From Sandaracinaceae bacterium (GTDB lineage Bacteria; Myxococcota_A; Polyangia; Polyangiales; Sandaracinaceae): DNA of 37,277 nt. This document shows, piece after piece, positions 24,995 through 33,563 of the stretch. The position numbers were made by a program, and so were the translations under genes. The stretch spans positions 1-37,277 of the forward strand of contig JAYRVK010001221.1 of the NCBI GenBank assembly GCA_041918555.1, written 5' to 3'. How positions within the stretch are numbered: the first letter of the stretch is position 1; every line of letters begins with the position of its first letter. The notes under the pieces were generated by a model, which searched no databases, had not been told where the DNA came from, and saw only the letters and a program-made list of their open reading frames with translations.

Positions 24995-26530
24995 TCAAGG
25001 CTCGCGCGGCCGCGCCGCGGCGGACGCGAGGGCCGCGAACGCGAGCGGGAGGACCACGAGGTTCCGCGGGCGGACGCTGCGCGTGAGGCCGATCGCGAGG
25101 GCCAGCGCCAGCGCCAGCGCGAGCGCGACCGAGAGCTCGGCCCGCCGCCGGGCTCGGACCGCGGTCCACCCCGCGAGCGCGAGGGCCGGCAGGCCGAGCC
25201 ACCCGACGTCCACGCCCGCCACGGTGAACGCGGCGACGCGCCCCGCGAAGGAGAGCGGCCCGCCTGCGGCCATCCCCGCCTCGGGCGCCTGACCTGCGGC
25301 GACCGCGGCGTCCCAGTGCGCGGCGAGGACCGGATGGGATGCGGCGATCGCGATCCCGGGCACGAGCGGCGCGGAGAACAGCGCGAGCGCGAGGATCCCG
25401 AGCGCCGCGCGGGAGGGCGGCGCGCGCCGCGCGAGCGACGCGACGACGACGAGCGCGGTCATCGCGCCGCCGATCGCGTCGGTCCAGACCGCGAGGCCAC
25501 ACGCCGCGAGGGCGAGCGGGAAGCGGCGCGTGGCGAGCCCGAAGAGCGCGACGCTCGCGAGGAGGATCGTGAGCGCGTACGGGCGCGCGAGGACGCTGGC
25601 CGAGACGAAGGTCGGCGCGACGAGGACCGCCCCGAGCGCAAACCACCCGAGCGGGCCCGCGCCGCGCGCGTGCCGATGCGCGGCCGCGCTCAGGAACGCG
25701 AGCGCGAGCGCGGAGGCGAGGACGAACGGCGCGCGAAGGAGGAGCGGCGCGCCGCCGGCTCTCCAGCCGACGAGCTCGACCCACGCGGTGCCGAGCGCGC
25801 GCGCGAGCGGCGGGTGGAGCCACGCGTCGTGATCCTCGGAGAAGAGCGCCATCCCGCTCGTCAGCGGGCGCACCTCGTCGGTCTCGAGCGGGAGCGTGGC
25901 CGCGAGCGCGACGCGCAGGACGACCGCGACCCCGAGGGCACCGAGGAGCCACCCGCGGAGCGACAAGACGACTTGCGAGCGATACCGAGCGTGCGTCCCG
26001 AGGCTGGCGAGCACGCCGAGGCCGAGCGCGAGGACGACGAGCCACCCGGGCGCGAGCCCGGTCGCGCGCGACGCCGGCCCGAGCAGCCCGAGGCGGCCGC
26101 GCGCATCTCCTTCGGGGCGCTCGGCGGCGGGCGCCGCGCGCCGCTCGAACAGCGCGTCGACGGAGCGCGCCTCGAGGGCCTCGACCAGCGCGGGGTCGGG
26201 CGGGACGCCCTCGAGCGCGACCACCGCCCGCGGCGCGACGCGGCCCTCGGCGCGCGCGACCAACGCGCCGCCGCCCTCGAGCGCGACGCGGACCTCGCCC
26301 CCCTCGAGCGCGACCGACGCGAGCGCTCGCCCCGAGACGCCCGCCTCCCTCGCCGGCGCGAGCCACTGCAACGCGACTTGCTCTCGTCCAGGCGGGATGA
26401 TCCACGAGCTCTCGGTCGGTGCTCGGCGCGACGCGGGCGCCGGCGCGTCGAGGACCGCGCGGAGCGCGAGCCCGCCGCCGAGCGCCACGAGGAGCGCGGC
26501 CGCGAGCCCCGCGATCGCGCGCTCGCTCAC
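24995..26530 (-). CDS. Polytopic membrane protein, GT-C (ArnT/PMT)-like glycosyltransferase fold candidate, with an N-terminal periplasmic domain
   Basis: There is one N-terminal TM, about 130 aa of soluble domain, then about 10 TM helices. The first loop carries an acidic motif (LPLETDEVRPL) as in GT-C enzymes. GTG at 26530 lies 4 nt from the true acylase stop. Confidence 0.6.
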   Translation of the reverse strand: MSERAIAGLAAALLVALGGGLALRAVLDAPAPASRRAPTESSWIIPPGREQVALQWLAPAREAGVSGRALASVALEGGEVRVALEGGGALVARAEGRVAPRAVVALEGVPPDPALVEALEARSVDALFERRAAPAAERPEGDARGRLGLLGPASRATGLAPGWLVVLALGLGVLASLGTHARYRSQVVLSLRGWLLGALGVAVVLRVALAATLPLETDEVRPLTSGMALFSEDHDAWLHPPLARALGTAWVELVGWRAGGAPLLLRAPFVLASALALAFLSAAAHRHARGAGPLGWFALGAVLVAPTFVSASVLARPYALTILLASVALFGLATRRFPLALAACGLAVWTDAIGGAMTALVVVASLARRAPPSRAALGILALALFSAPLVPGIAIAASHPVLAAHWDAAVAAGQAPEAGMAAGGPLSFAGRVAAFTVAGVDVGWLGLPALALAGWTAVRARRRAELSVALALALALALAIGLTRSVRPRNLVVLPLAFAALASAAARPREP

Positions 26531-29500
26531 CGTGTCACTCGCTCGTGAACAGCTCGCGGCTCACCGCGCCGGACGCGACCTGTGCGGGCGTGAAGTAGAG
26601 CGGCGTGGTCTCGTTCGCGAGCCAGTCGCGCGCGCGGTCCGCGAAGTGCGGCGAGTCGGGGTTGCCGCTCTGGCCGCCGGGGATCGCGTTGTAGCCCTCG
26701 ACGCCGTCGGGCCCGAGGGCGATCACGGTGCGCATGACCGGGCCGTTGCGGTGCGTGAAGCCGGTGCCGCCGTAGCCGGGGTTCGCCGCGTCGACGTCGT
26801 ACTGGTCGCCGGGGCGCGGGAACCGTCAGGGCCGCGCGCGGATCGGTCGCGGGGAGATCCTCGGCGAGGGGCAGGCGCGCCGTCGTGAGGTCGAACATGT
26901 CGAAGAGAAAGGAGAGCGATGGATCGTCGCCGATGAAGTCCGCGAGGAGCGACTCGAAGCGCACCTGATGGCGCAGGCCCCAGCGCCACTCGTCCATCGT
27001 CTCGGTGCCGAAGCCGCCCGAGGCCCCGCCCTCGTCGGGCGGCCCGGCGAGGAAGTCGAGCGTCCCCTCGAGCGCGCGGATCGCGATCTCGTGGCTGCTC
27101 TCGGTCTCGGAGGTCCCGAGCACGTCGAAGAACACCGACTCGCCGGTCGCGGGGTCGTGCGACGGCAGCGCGAGCGGGTTCGCGGCGCCGCGGCCGCGCA
27201 CGAGGAGATCGAGCGCGCGCAGGCGCCAGTCCTGCCCGGGGCTCACGCCGCCGTCGATCCCCTCGTCGTCCCACACGCCCGCGAGGTAGCGCGACATCCA
27301 CGCCGCGAAGATCATGGTGGCCACCGACTGCCGCCGCGTGTCCTCGGTGCTCGTGTCGTAGAAGGTGTCGACGCCCGAGGGCGTCGGGTACCCGTCGTCG
27401 CGCCAGTCCGCGATGCGGCCCTCGACCTCGTCGAGGCGCGCGCCGCGCGCGGCGTAGCGCGCGGCGAGCCGCGCCTCGGGTGTGCCGGGCGCCGGGGACC
27501 CCGTCGCGGCGTCGCGGGCCGCGCCGATCGCCTCGATCAGCACGGGCGCGAAGTCCTCGCCGACGTTGCTGTGGTGATCGCCCTGGATGCTCTGCATCTC
27601 CGCGATGCTCGCGGTGCCCCCCGCGATCGCGGCCTCGAGCCGCGCCGCGATCCGCGACGCGCGGTAGCCGAGATCCCAGGGTCCGCCGAGGTAGTAGGGG
27701 TCGTTCCAGGGATCGCCGTCGACGGTGGTGATGGCCCCCGGATCGTTGTTTGCGTTGTGCACGTACTGCCGCGCGGGGTTGACCGCCTGCGGCCACTCGT
27801 CGAAGGGCACCGCGCACGCGGTCGGCCCGCCCGCGGCGGCCGCCGCTTCATCGACACGTCCCTGCGCGTCGAGCGGGATGCTCCACGCCCCGTAGCGCGT
27901 GCCGTCGATGATCAGCGAGGGGTCCGCGTCGAGCTCGAAGCGACCCGTCGCCGGATCGCGCGGCAGGTACGTGCGGCACGGCATCGCGTGGTAGCCGGTG
28001 TACGCGACGCCGCCGTCGCGATCCGCCGCCGCGAAATTCAGGCCGAAGCCGATCACGTGGCGCATCGCCTGGCGCCACTCCTCCACGTCGTCCGCGCGCT
28101 CGAAGCCGGCGACCGCGCGCAGCAGGCTGCCGCCGTCGAACGGCGCGTAGTAGAAGCTCAGCGCGGTCACGACCCCGTCGCCGTCCTCGTCGCCGGGGAC
28201 GACCCAGTCGCCCATCAGGTTCACGAGCGTCTCCCCGGGCCCGAGCACCTCGTCCTCGCTCGCCGCGCGGCCCTCGATCGAGGTGATCATGCGGCCGTCG
28301 AAGGTGACCCAGCGCGGGAGCACGAGCGTGCGCCCCGGGCTGTCGAGCGCGGGCACGTCGGCGATCTCGTACGTCTCGTCGATGCGCGTGAGCGGCCGCT
28401 CCTCGCCGCCGAAGCGCGAGGCGCGGGGCGCGCCCTCCGCGTCGAGGAGGAGCTCCTCCGCGTACCAGTCGGTCACGTCGGTGACGAAGTTGGTGCCGCC
28501 CCACGCGACGCGACCGTTCGTGCCCGTCGCGATCCCGGGCGCGCCGATCAGCGTGACGCCCACGACGGTGATCGGGTCGGCGTCGCCGAGCAGCTCGGTG
28601 TCGAGCCCGTACTCCCACATGAGCGAGGGGATGGAGAGCTGGAGGTGTCCGTCGCCCGCGAGGAGCGCGCGCCCGTCGCTCGTCGCGGCCCCCATCACCG
28701 CCCACACGTTCGAGCCCCAGCCCTCGAGATCCGCGGGGTGCCAGCGCGCGTCGAGGCGCTCGAGGCGGCGCACCGCGCGGTCGAGCGCGCCGGTCTCGAC
28801 GCGGAGCGGGCCGACCGCGCGCACGCCGCGGCGCGGCGCCACGAACGGCGCGCTCGTCCGGCCCGCGGTGTCGATGCCCCAGCCGTTCGCCGACGCGCTC
28901 GGCCGCGCCGGGGCCCAGCGGTCCGCGATGTCGCGCAGCCCCGCCATGCGTAGGTCCCGGTTCACCGCGCCCGTGAAGTGCGTCTCGATCCGCGCGAGCG
29001 CGCGCGCGAGGCCGGGGCCGCGGGTCTCGAAGCCCGTCTGGAAGGTCATCGTCGCGGCGAGCGCCATCACGTCGCGGCGCGTCCAGTAGCGCATGACCTC
29101 GCCCGCGTTCCGCGCCCCGAGGAGGCCGAACGCGAGCTCGTACTCCTTGGGCGCGGGGAGCTGGCGGGCGCGGACCGCGTCGACGTACGCGTTGACGCCC
29201 GCGGCGAACGCGTCGACGTCGGCGGCCTCCTCGGGCGAGAGCGCGTCGACGTAGATCTGCGTGAGGAGATCCGCGCCCGTCATCCGGTTCTCGATGTCGC
29301 TCGCGAGCCCCACGTCCCCGAGCGCCTGGCTGACGAGGCCCTGCGAGAGCCGCGCGACGATGTCCAGCTGAAAGTACCGGTCACGCCCGAGCACGAAGCC
29401 GAGCACGCGGTAGGCGTCTAGACGACTTGCGGCATACACATGGGGTACGAAGTGATCCGTCCGCACCACGTGCGCGGGCGCGCTCAGCCCCGGGACGCGG

Positions 29501-29664
29501 TAGTGGCCGTCGAGCGCGACGGCCGCGAACGCCTCGGGCGGCGGCGGGAGCGGCGGGCCCGCGTCGGTGCCGGCCGCGGCGTCGGGCGGCGGGCCCGGCT
29601 CATCGCACGAGGCCGCGAGGGCGAGCAAGAGAAGCAAGGCGGGCCGTCGACGCATGCCGGACAT
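26527..29664 (-). CDS. Penicillin/AHL acylase family (S45, Ntn-hydrolase) lipoprotein, apparently frameshifted near 26823; the genuine C-terminus is in the frame of ORF 26535..26735
   Basis: The lipobox is LALAASC. The family motifs are DRYFQLD and the autoprocessing nucleophile site EGWGSNVWAV. After ...DPRAALT the long frame becomes Arg/Pro nonsense, while the other frame reads FPRPGDQYDVDAANPGYGGTGFTHRNGPVMRTVIALGPDGVEGYNAIPGGQSGNPDSPHF..W, which is the canonical C-terminal S45 motif. Confidence 0.85.
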   Translation of the reverse strand: MSGMRRRPALLLLLALAASCDEPGPPPDAAAGTDAGPPLPPPPEAFAAVALDGHYRVPGLSAPAHVVRTDHFVPHVYAASRLDAYRVLGFVLGRDRYFQLDIVARLSQGLVSQALGDVGLASDIENRMTGADLLTQIYVDALSPEEAADVDAFAAGVNAYVDAVRARQLPAPKEYELAFGLLGARNAGEVMRYWTRRDVMALAATMTFQTGFETRGPGLARALARIETHFTGAVNRDLRMAGLRDIADRWAPARPSASANGWGIDTAGRTSAPFVAPRRGVRAVGPLRVETGALDRAVRRLERLDARWHPADLEGWGSNVWAVMGAATSDGRALLAGDGHLQLSIPSLMWEYGLDTELLGDADPITVVGVTLIGAPGIATGTNGRVAWGGTNFVTDVTDWYAEELLLDAEGAPRASRFGGEERPLTRIDETYEIADVPALDSPGRTLVLPRWVTFDGRMITSIEGRAASEDEVLGPGETLVNLMGDWVVPGDEDGDGVVTALSFYYAPFDGGSLLRAVAGFERADDVEEWRQAMRHVIGFGLNFAAADRDGGVAYTGYHAMPCRTYLPRDPATGRFELDADPSLIIDGTRYGAWSIPLDAQGRVDEAAAAAGGPTACAVPFDEWPQAVNPARQYVHNANNDPGAITTVDGDPWNDPYYLGGPWDLGYRASRIAARLEAAIAGGTASIAEMQSIQGDHHSNVGEDFAPVLIEAIGAARDAATGSPAPGTPEARLAARYAARGARLDEVEGRIADWRDDGYPTPSGVDTFYDTSTEDTRRQSVATMIFAAWMSRYLAGVWDDEGIDGGVSPGQDWRLRALDLLVRGRGAANPLALPSHDPATGESVFFDVLGTSETESSHEIAIRALEGTLDFLAGPPDEGGASGGFGTETMDEWRWGLRHQVRFESLLADFIGDDPSLSFLFDMFDLTTARLPLAEDLPATDPRAALTVPAPRRPVRRRRGEPRLRRHRLHAPQRPGHAHRDRPRARRRRGLQRDPRRPERQPRLAALRGPRARLARERDHAALLHARTGRVRRGEPRAVHERVTR

Positions 29665-29781
29665 GCTACCGAGAGGAGGGCCGGCTGTGCCACGGAGCGT
29701 GAGCCCCATTCACGCTGCCTCGCTCACCGCGCGCGGCTCGCCGGTTTTCGCACGTGCCCGGTTCTTGCCAGAGTGCCGGGC

Positions 29782-30861
29782 ATGACGACTTCACCTCGCC
29801 TCCTCCCCGTCGCCCTCTTCGCGCTCGCGGTCCCCCTCGCCGGCTGCCAGGCCCCGCGCCTCGCCGACGGGATCGACTTCGAGTGGGACTTCTTCCAGCT
29901 GCTCGGCCCGAGCGATCAGCTGCACAGCCCGTACGTCGCGGGCGCGAGCTTCTCGGTGTGGTCGATCGGTGTCGACGAGGACGAGGAGGTCGGCTGGACC
30001 ATCGCCACCTCGGACCCCGCGGTCATCGGCGTGGTGGAGCAGGTCGGCGACGGACACGCGCGCGTGCGGGCCAACGGCGCGGGTCAAGTCGACTTGCTGT
30101 TGAACGACGAGACCGGCGAGGAGGTGCACCGCTCGGCGGTCGAGGTCGTCGCGGCCGACCGCGCGGAGCTGCTCGCGCACGGCCCGATCATCGTCGGGCG
30201 CCCCGAGCTGCAGCCGGAGACCTTTGACACGATCCAGGTGCTCGTCGGCGGCTCGGGGACCTTCCTCGTCGAGTGGTCGGCGGGCGGCGACGCGCTCTCG
30301 GGCAACGGCGCCCTGAGCACCGAGAGCGATCCCGGCGTCGTGGCCGAGCCGCGCCAGACCTACCTCTTCGAGGATCGCGAGTGGGTCACGTTCCACGTCG
30401 AGGCGCCGGGGGAGCACTCCGTCACGCTGCTCGCGAACGGGGTCGCGGTGCGCACGATCACCGTGATCGGCGTGGAGGAGGCCGCGATCGATCGCGTGGA
30501 GCTCCACGGGATGGACGAGAGCGACGCGGACCGCGGGGACGCGCTCGTGGTGTACGCGCAGGCCTATGCTTCGGACGGAACGCCCATCTACGGCGTCGAG
30601 TACACGTGGGACGTCAACGGCACGACGGAGCCGGGCCTGGGCGATCTCTACCGCTACAGCTACGCGCCGGGGGTGATCGTCGACGTCGAGGCGCGCCACG
30701 AGGACCTCGCCGCGGCGGTCACGATCATGTCGAGCGGCGGGTGGGTGGACTCGACGAACCGCCTCGGGTGCAGCGTGGGCGCGGTCGGCGCGGGCTCGGG
30801 CGGCGCGCTGCCGCTGCTCGCGCTCGGCCTGCTCGCGTGGCGGCGCCGCCGCATCGGCTGA
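29782..30861 (+). CDS. Lipoprotein with Ig-like (BIG-type) repeats and a MYXO-CTERM tail
   Basis: ATG at 29782 is aa 115 of ORF 29440..30861. The lipobox is PLAGC. The tail is GCSVGAVGAGSGGALPLLALGLLAWRRRRIG. Confidence 0.7.
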   Translation: MTTSPRLLPVALFALAVPLAGCQAPRLADGIDFEWDFFQLLGPSDQLHSPYVAGASFSVWSIGVDEDEEVGWTIATSDPAVIGVVEQVGDGHARVRANGAGQVDLLLNDETGEEVHRSAVEVVAADRAELLAHGPIIVGRPELQPETFDTIQVLVGGSGTFLVEWSAGGDALSGNGALSTESDPGVVAEPRQTYLFEDREWVTFHVEAPGEHSVTLLANGVAVRTITVIGVEEAAIDRVELHGMDESDADRGDALVVYAQAYASDGTPIYGVEYTWDVNGTTEPGLGDLYRYSYAPGVIVDVEARHEDLAAAVTIMSSGGWVDSTNRLGCSVGAVGAGSGGALPLLALGLLAWRRRRIG

Positions 30862-30878
30862 GGGCCCCACTCTCGGGC

Positions 30879-31174
30879 ATGGAGCCCGAGGTCGTATCAT
30901 CGCAAGTGAAGTTGCGTCGTCCGGAGGTCGATCGCGCGGCGGAGGCGGAGCTCCGCTTCCCGAACGGCGCCGCTGGGCGGCTGCGCGCGTCGCTGCTGTC
31001 GCGCGCGAGCGCGTGCCCGGCGAGCCGACGTACACGCGCCAGCACCGCGCATTCCTCGCGGCGGTGCGCGAGGGCGCGCCGATCCCGACCGACGGCGAGG
31101 ACGGGGTGAAGAACATGGCGGTGATCGACGCCGTGTACCGCGCGGCCGGGCTCGCGCCGCGCACGGGGGTGTGA
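30879..31174 (+). pseudogene. Relic of a Gfo/Idh/MocA-family oxidoreductase: only the C-terminal ~95 codons remain, with one internal frameshift near 31010
   Basis: The first frame reads ...PEVDRAAEAELRFPNGAAGRLRASLLS. The second frame reads PGEPTYTRQHRAFLAAVREGAPIPTDGEDGVKNMAVIDAVYRAAGLAP, with TGA at 31172-31174. These are typical C-terminal motifs of the family. The Rossmann N-terminal domain is absent. Confidence 0.5.
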
Positions 31175-31253
31175 CGTCGCCGACTGGAGATTGGCGTGCG
31201 ACGCGTGCCTTCCGTCACGCCTCCGCCGCGAGGCGCTGCTAGTGTCGGCCCTC

Positions 31254-33506
31254 ATGAACGCCACTCGCCTCGGTCTCCTCGCGTGCGTCTCGCTCCTCGG
31301 CCTCGCCACGCCCGCGTCGGCGCAGCTGCCGTTCTTCGAGAACTTCAGCTCGTTCACGGGGGCCGGCTTCGCGCCGTCGCCTACGGCAGGGCAGTTCGAC
31401 TCGGACGTGTACCGGATCGACGGAACCTCCGACAGCGGCGGGAGCATGGCCTACGGCGACACCGAGACCGCGGGCGACTTCGCGCGCGGCGCTTCGGCCG
31501 GCGGGGTGACCACCGGGGGCGTCTACGCGTTCACCGTGTCCACCACGAACCCCGCGTTCGGAGTGCAGCCGACGGGATCCGACTTCCAACCGGGCAGGCT
31601 GTTCGTCCGGCTGACGAACTCCACGGGCGTGGCCCTCACCGCGGTGACGGTCAGCGCCGATCTCTGGGTCTTCAACGACCAGGCCCGGAGCCAATCCTAC
31701 GAGGTGGCGGTCCTCGACGGGACGACCACGCAGATCGTCTCCAGCGGTTCCACGCCGGGAGCGGCGACCGGAGCGGCCTGGGTCGGAAGCCCGGTCTCCG
31801 CCACGGTTCCCGTGACGGTAGCGGCGGGCGCGGCGTTCGAGATTCGGATCTCCACGCAAGACGCTGGGGGTTCCGGCAATCGCGACGAGCTCGCGATCGA
31901 CAACCTCCGCGTGTCGGTCTGCGGCAACGGCGTCGTCGACTCCGGCGAGCAGTGCGACCAGGCCGACATGGGCACCGCCGGCTCGTGCTGCACCGCGCTC
32001 TGCGGGTTCGTCGCAGCGAGCACCGAGTGCCGCGCCGGCGCGGGCGTCTGCGACGTCGCGGAGTCCTGCACCGGCGCGTCGGCCACGTGCCCGGCCGACG
32101 CCCTCGCGCCGTCGAGCACCGAGTGCCGCGCGTCGGCCGGGGTCTGCGACCCCGCCGAATTCTGCACGGGCTCGGGGACCGCGTGCCCGGCGAACGCGTT
32201 CGAGCCCGGCACGACGGTCTGCCGGCCGGCCGCCGGCCCCTGCGACGTGGCCGAGACCTGCAACGGCACGCGCGCGGCCTGCCCAGGCGACGGCGTGCGC
32301 CCGACCTCGTTCCTGTGCCAGGCCGCGAGCGGCGCCTGCGATCCGGATCACTTCTGCGACGGGCTCGGCGTGACCTGCGCGCTGAGGTTCGCGCCGGCGG
32401 GCACGCCGTGCCGCGCGTCCGCGGGCGACTGCGACGTCGCCGAGGTGTGCGACGGCGCCCGCACCTCGTGCCCCGCCGACGCGTTCGCGCCCGCGATGAC
32501 GGCGTGCCGCGCCGCGAGCGGCGCGTGCGACGTCGCCGAGGCGTGCAGCGGCGCCTCCGCCGGCTGCCCGAGCGACGGGTTCGTCGCCGACGGCACCGCG
32601 TGCGGAGACGGCGCGGTCTGCAACGGCGACGAGGAGTGCACGAGCGGCGCGTGCGCCGCGGGCACCGCCCTCGACTGCGACGACGCCAACGCCTGCACCG
32701 CCGACGCGTGCGCGGAGCCGGGCGGCTGCGCGTCGAGCCCGGTCGCCGGGTGCTGCAACGTGGACGGCGACTGCGACGACGGCGACGTGTGCAGCGCGGA
32801 CGTATGCTCGGGCCCGGGCGGGACCTGCAGCGCGGCGCCGATCGACGGCTGCTGCGAGGCCGACGCCGAGTGCGACGACGGCAACGCGTGCACCGCGGAC
32901 GCCTGCGACGCGGCGACCAACCGCTGCACGCGCAGCCCGGTCCCCGGCTGCTGCGCGACCGACGCGGAGTGCGACGACACCGACGCGTGCACCACCGACG
33001 CCTGCGACGCGACGACGGGCGCGTGCACGAACGACGCGGTCGCCGGGTGCTGCACCTCCGATGGCGAGTGCGACGACGCCAACACGTGTACCCGCGACAC
33101 CTGCGACGCGGCGGGCATGACGTGCTCACACGAGGCCCTCGCGGGCTGCTGCCTCGTCGACGCCGACTGCGACGACGGCGACGAGTGCACGACCGACGGA
33201 TGCGACGCGGTCACCGCGGTCTGCACGTTCGACCCGATCCCGGGCTGCGGCGAGACGGACGCCGGCGTTCCCGACGAGGACGCGGGCTCCACGGGCGACG
33301 ACGCGGGCGGGGCCGGCACGGACGCGGGCGGGGCCGGCACCGACGCCGGGTCGGCCGGCACGGACGCGGGCGGCGGCGTGGACGCGGGCATGGATATGAT
33401 GGACGGCGGCTGCAGCTGCCGCACCGCGGCGCCGAGCGAGCTCCCGCTCGGTGGGATGCTCCTCGCGCTCGGCGCGGTGTTGTTCGGGATCCGCCGGCGA
33501 CGGTAG
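31254..33506 (+). CDS. Secreted protein with an N-terminal beta-sandwich-like domain, six disintegrin-like Cys repeats, five GCC-x-D-x-x-CDD-x-x-x-CT-x-D-x-C repeats, a TDAG linker and a MYXO-CTERM tail
   Basis: The signal is LLGLATPASAQ. Six repeats read ECR...G.CD.AE.C.G....CP.D. CDDGNACTADACD-type repeats follow. The tail is GGCSCRTAAPSELPLGGMLLALGAVLFGIRRRR. Confidence 0.8.
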   Translation: MNATRLGLLACVSLLGLATPASAQLPFFENFSSFTGAGFAPSPTAGQFDSDVYRIDGTSDSGGSMAYGDTETAGDFARGASAGGVTTGGVYAFTVSTTNPAFGVQPTGSDFQPGRLFVRLTNSTGVALTAVTVSADLWVFNDQARSQSYEVAVLDGTTTQIVSSGSTPGAATGAAWVGSPVSATVPVTVAAGAAFEIRISTQDAGGSGNRDELAIDNLRVSVCGNGVVDSGEQCDQADMGTAGSCCTALCGFVAASTECRAGAGVCDVAESCTGASATCPADALAPSSTECRASAGVCDPAEFCTGSGTACPANAFEPGTTVCRPAAGPCDVAETCNGTRAACPGDGVRPTSFLCQAASGACDPDHFCDGLGVTCALRFAPAGTPCRASAGDCDVAEVCDGARTSCPADAFAPAMTACRAASGACDVAEACSGASAGCPSDGFVADGTACGDGAVCNGDEECTSGACAAGTALDCDDANACTADACAEPGGCASSPVAGCCNVDGDCDDGDVCSADVCSGPGGTCSAAPIDGCCEADAECDDGNACTADACDAATNRCTRSPVPGCCATDAECDDTDACTTDACDATTGACTNDAVAGCCTSDGECDDANTCTRDTCDAAGMTCSHEALAGCCLVDADCDDGDECTTDGCDAVTAVCTFDPIPGCGETDAGVPDEDAGSTGDDAGGAGTDAGGAGTDAGSAGTDAGGGVDAGMDMMDGGCSCRTAAPSELPLGGMLLALGAVLFGIRRRR
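33300..33362 (+). repeat. 3 x 21-bp in-frame tandem repeat encoding (DAGGAGT)n
   Basis: The units are 33300-20, 33321-41 and 33342-62. The first two differ by 1 nt. Confidence 0.85.
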
Positions 33507-33563
33507 GCGGTCGAGTCGAGAAGTCCCCGGCGCAGGCCGCGCCGGGGGTACGCTCGCCGTCTC

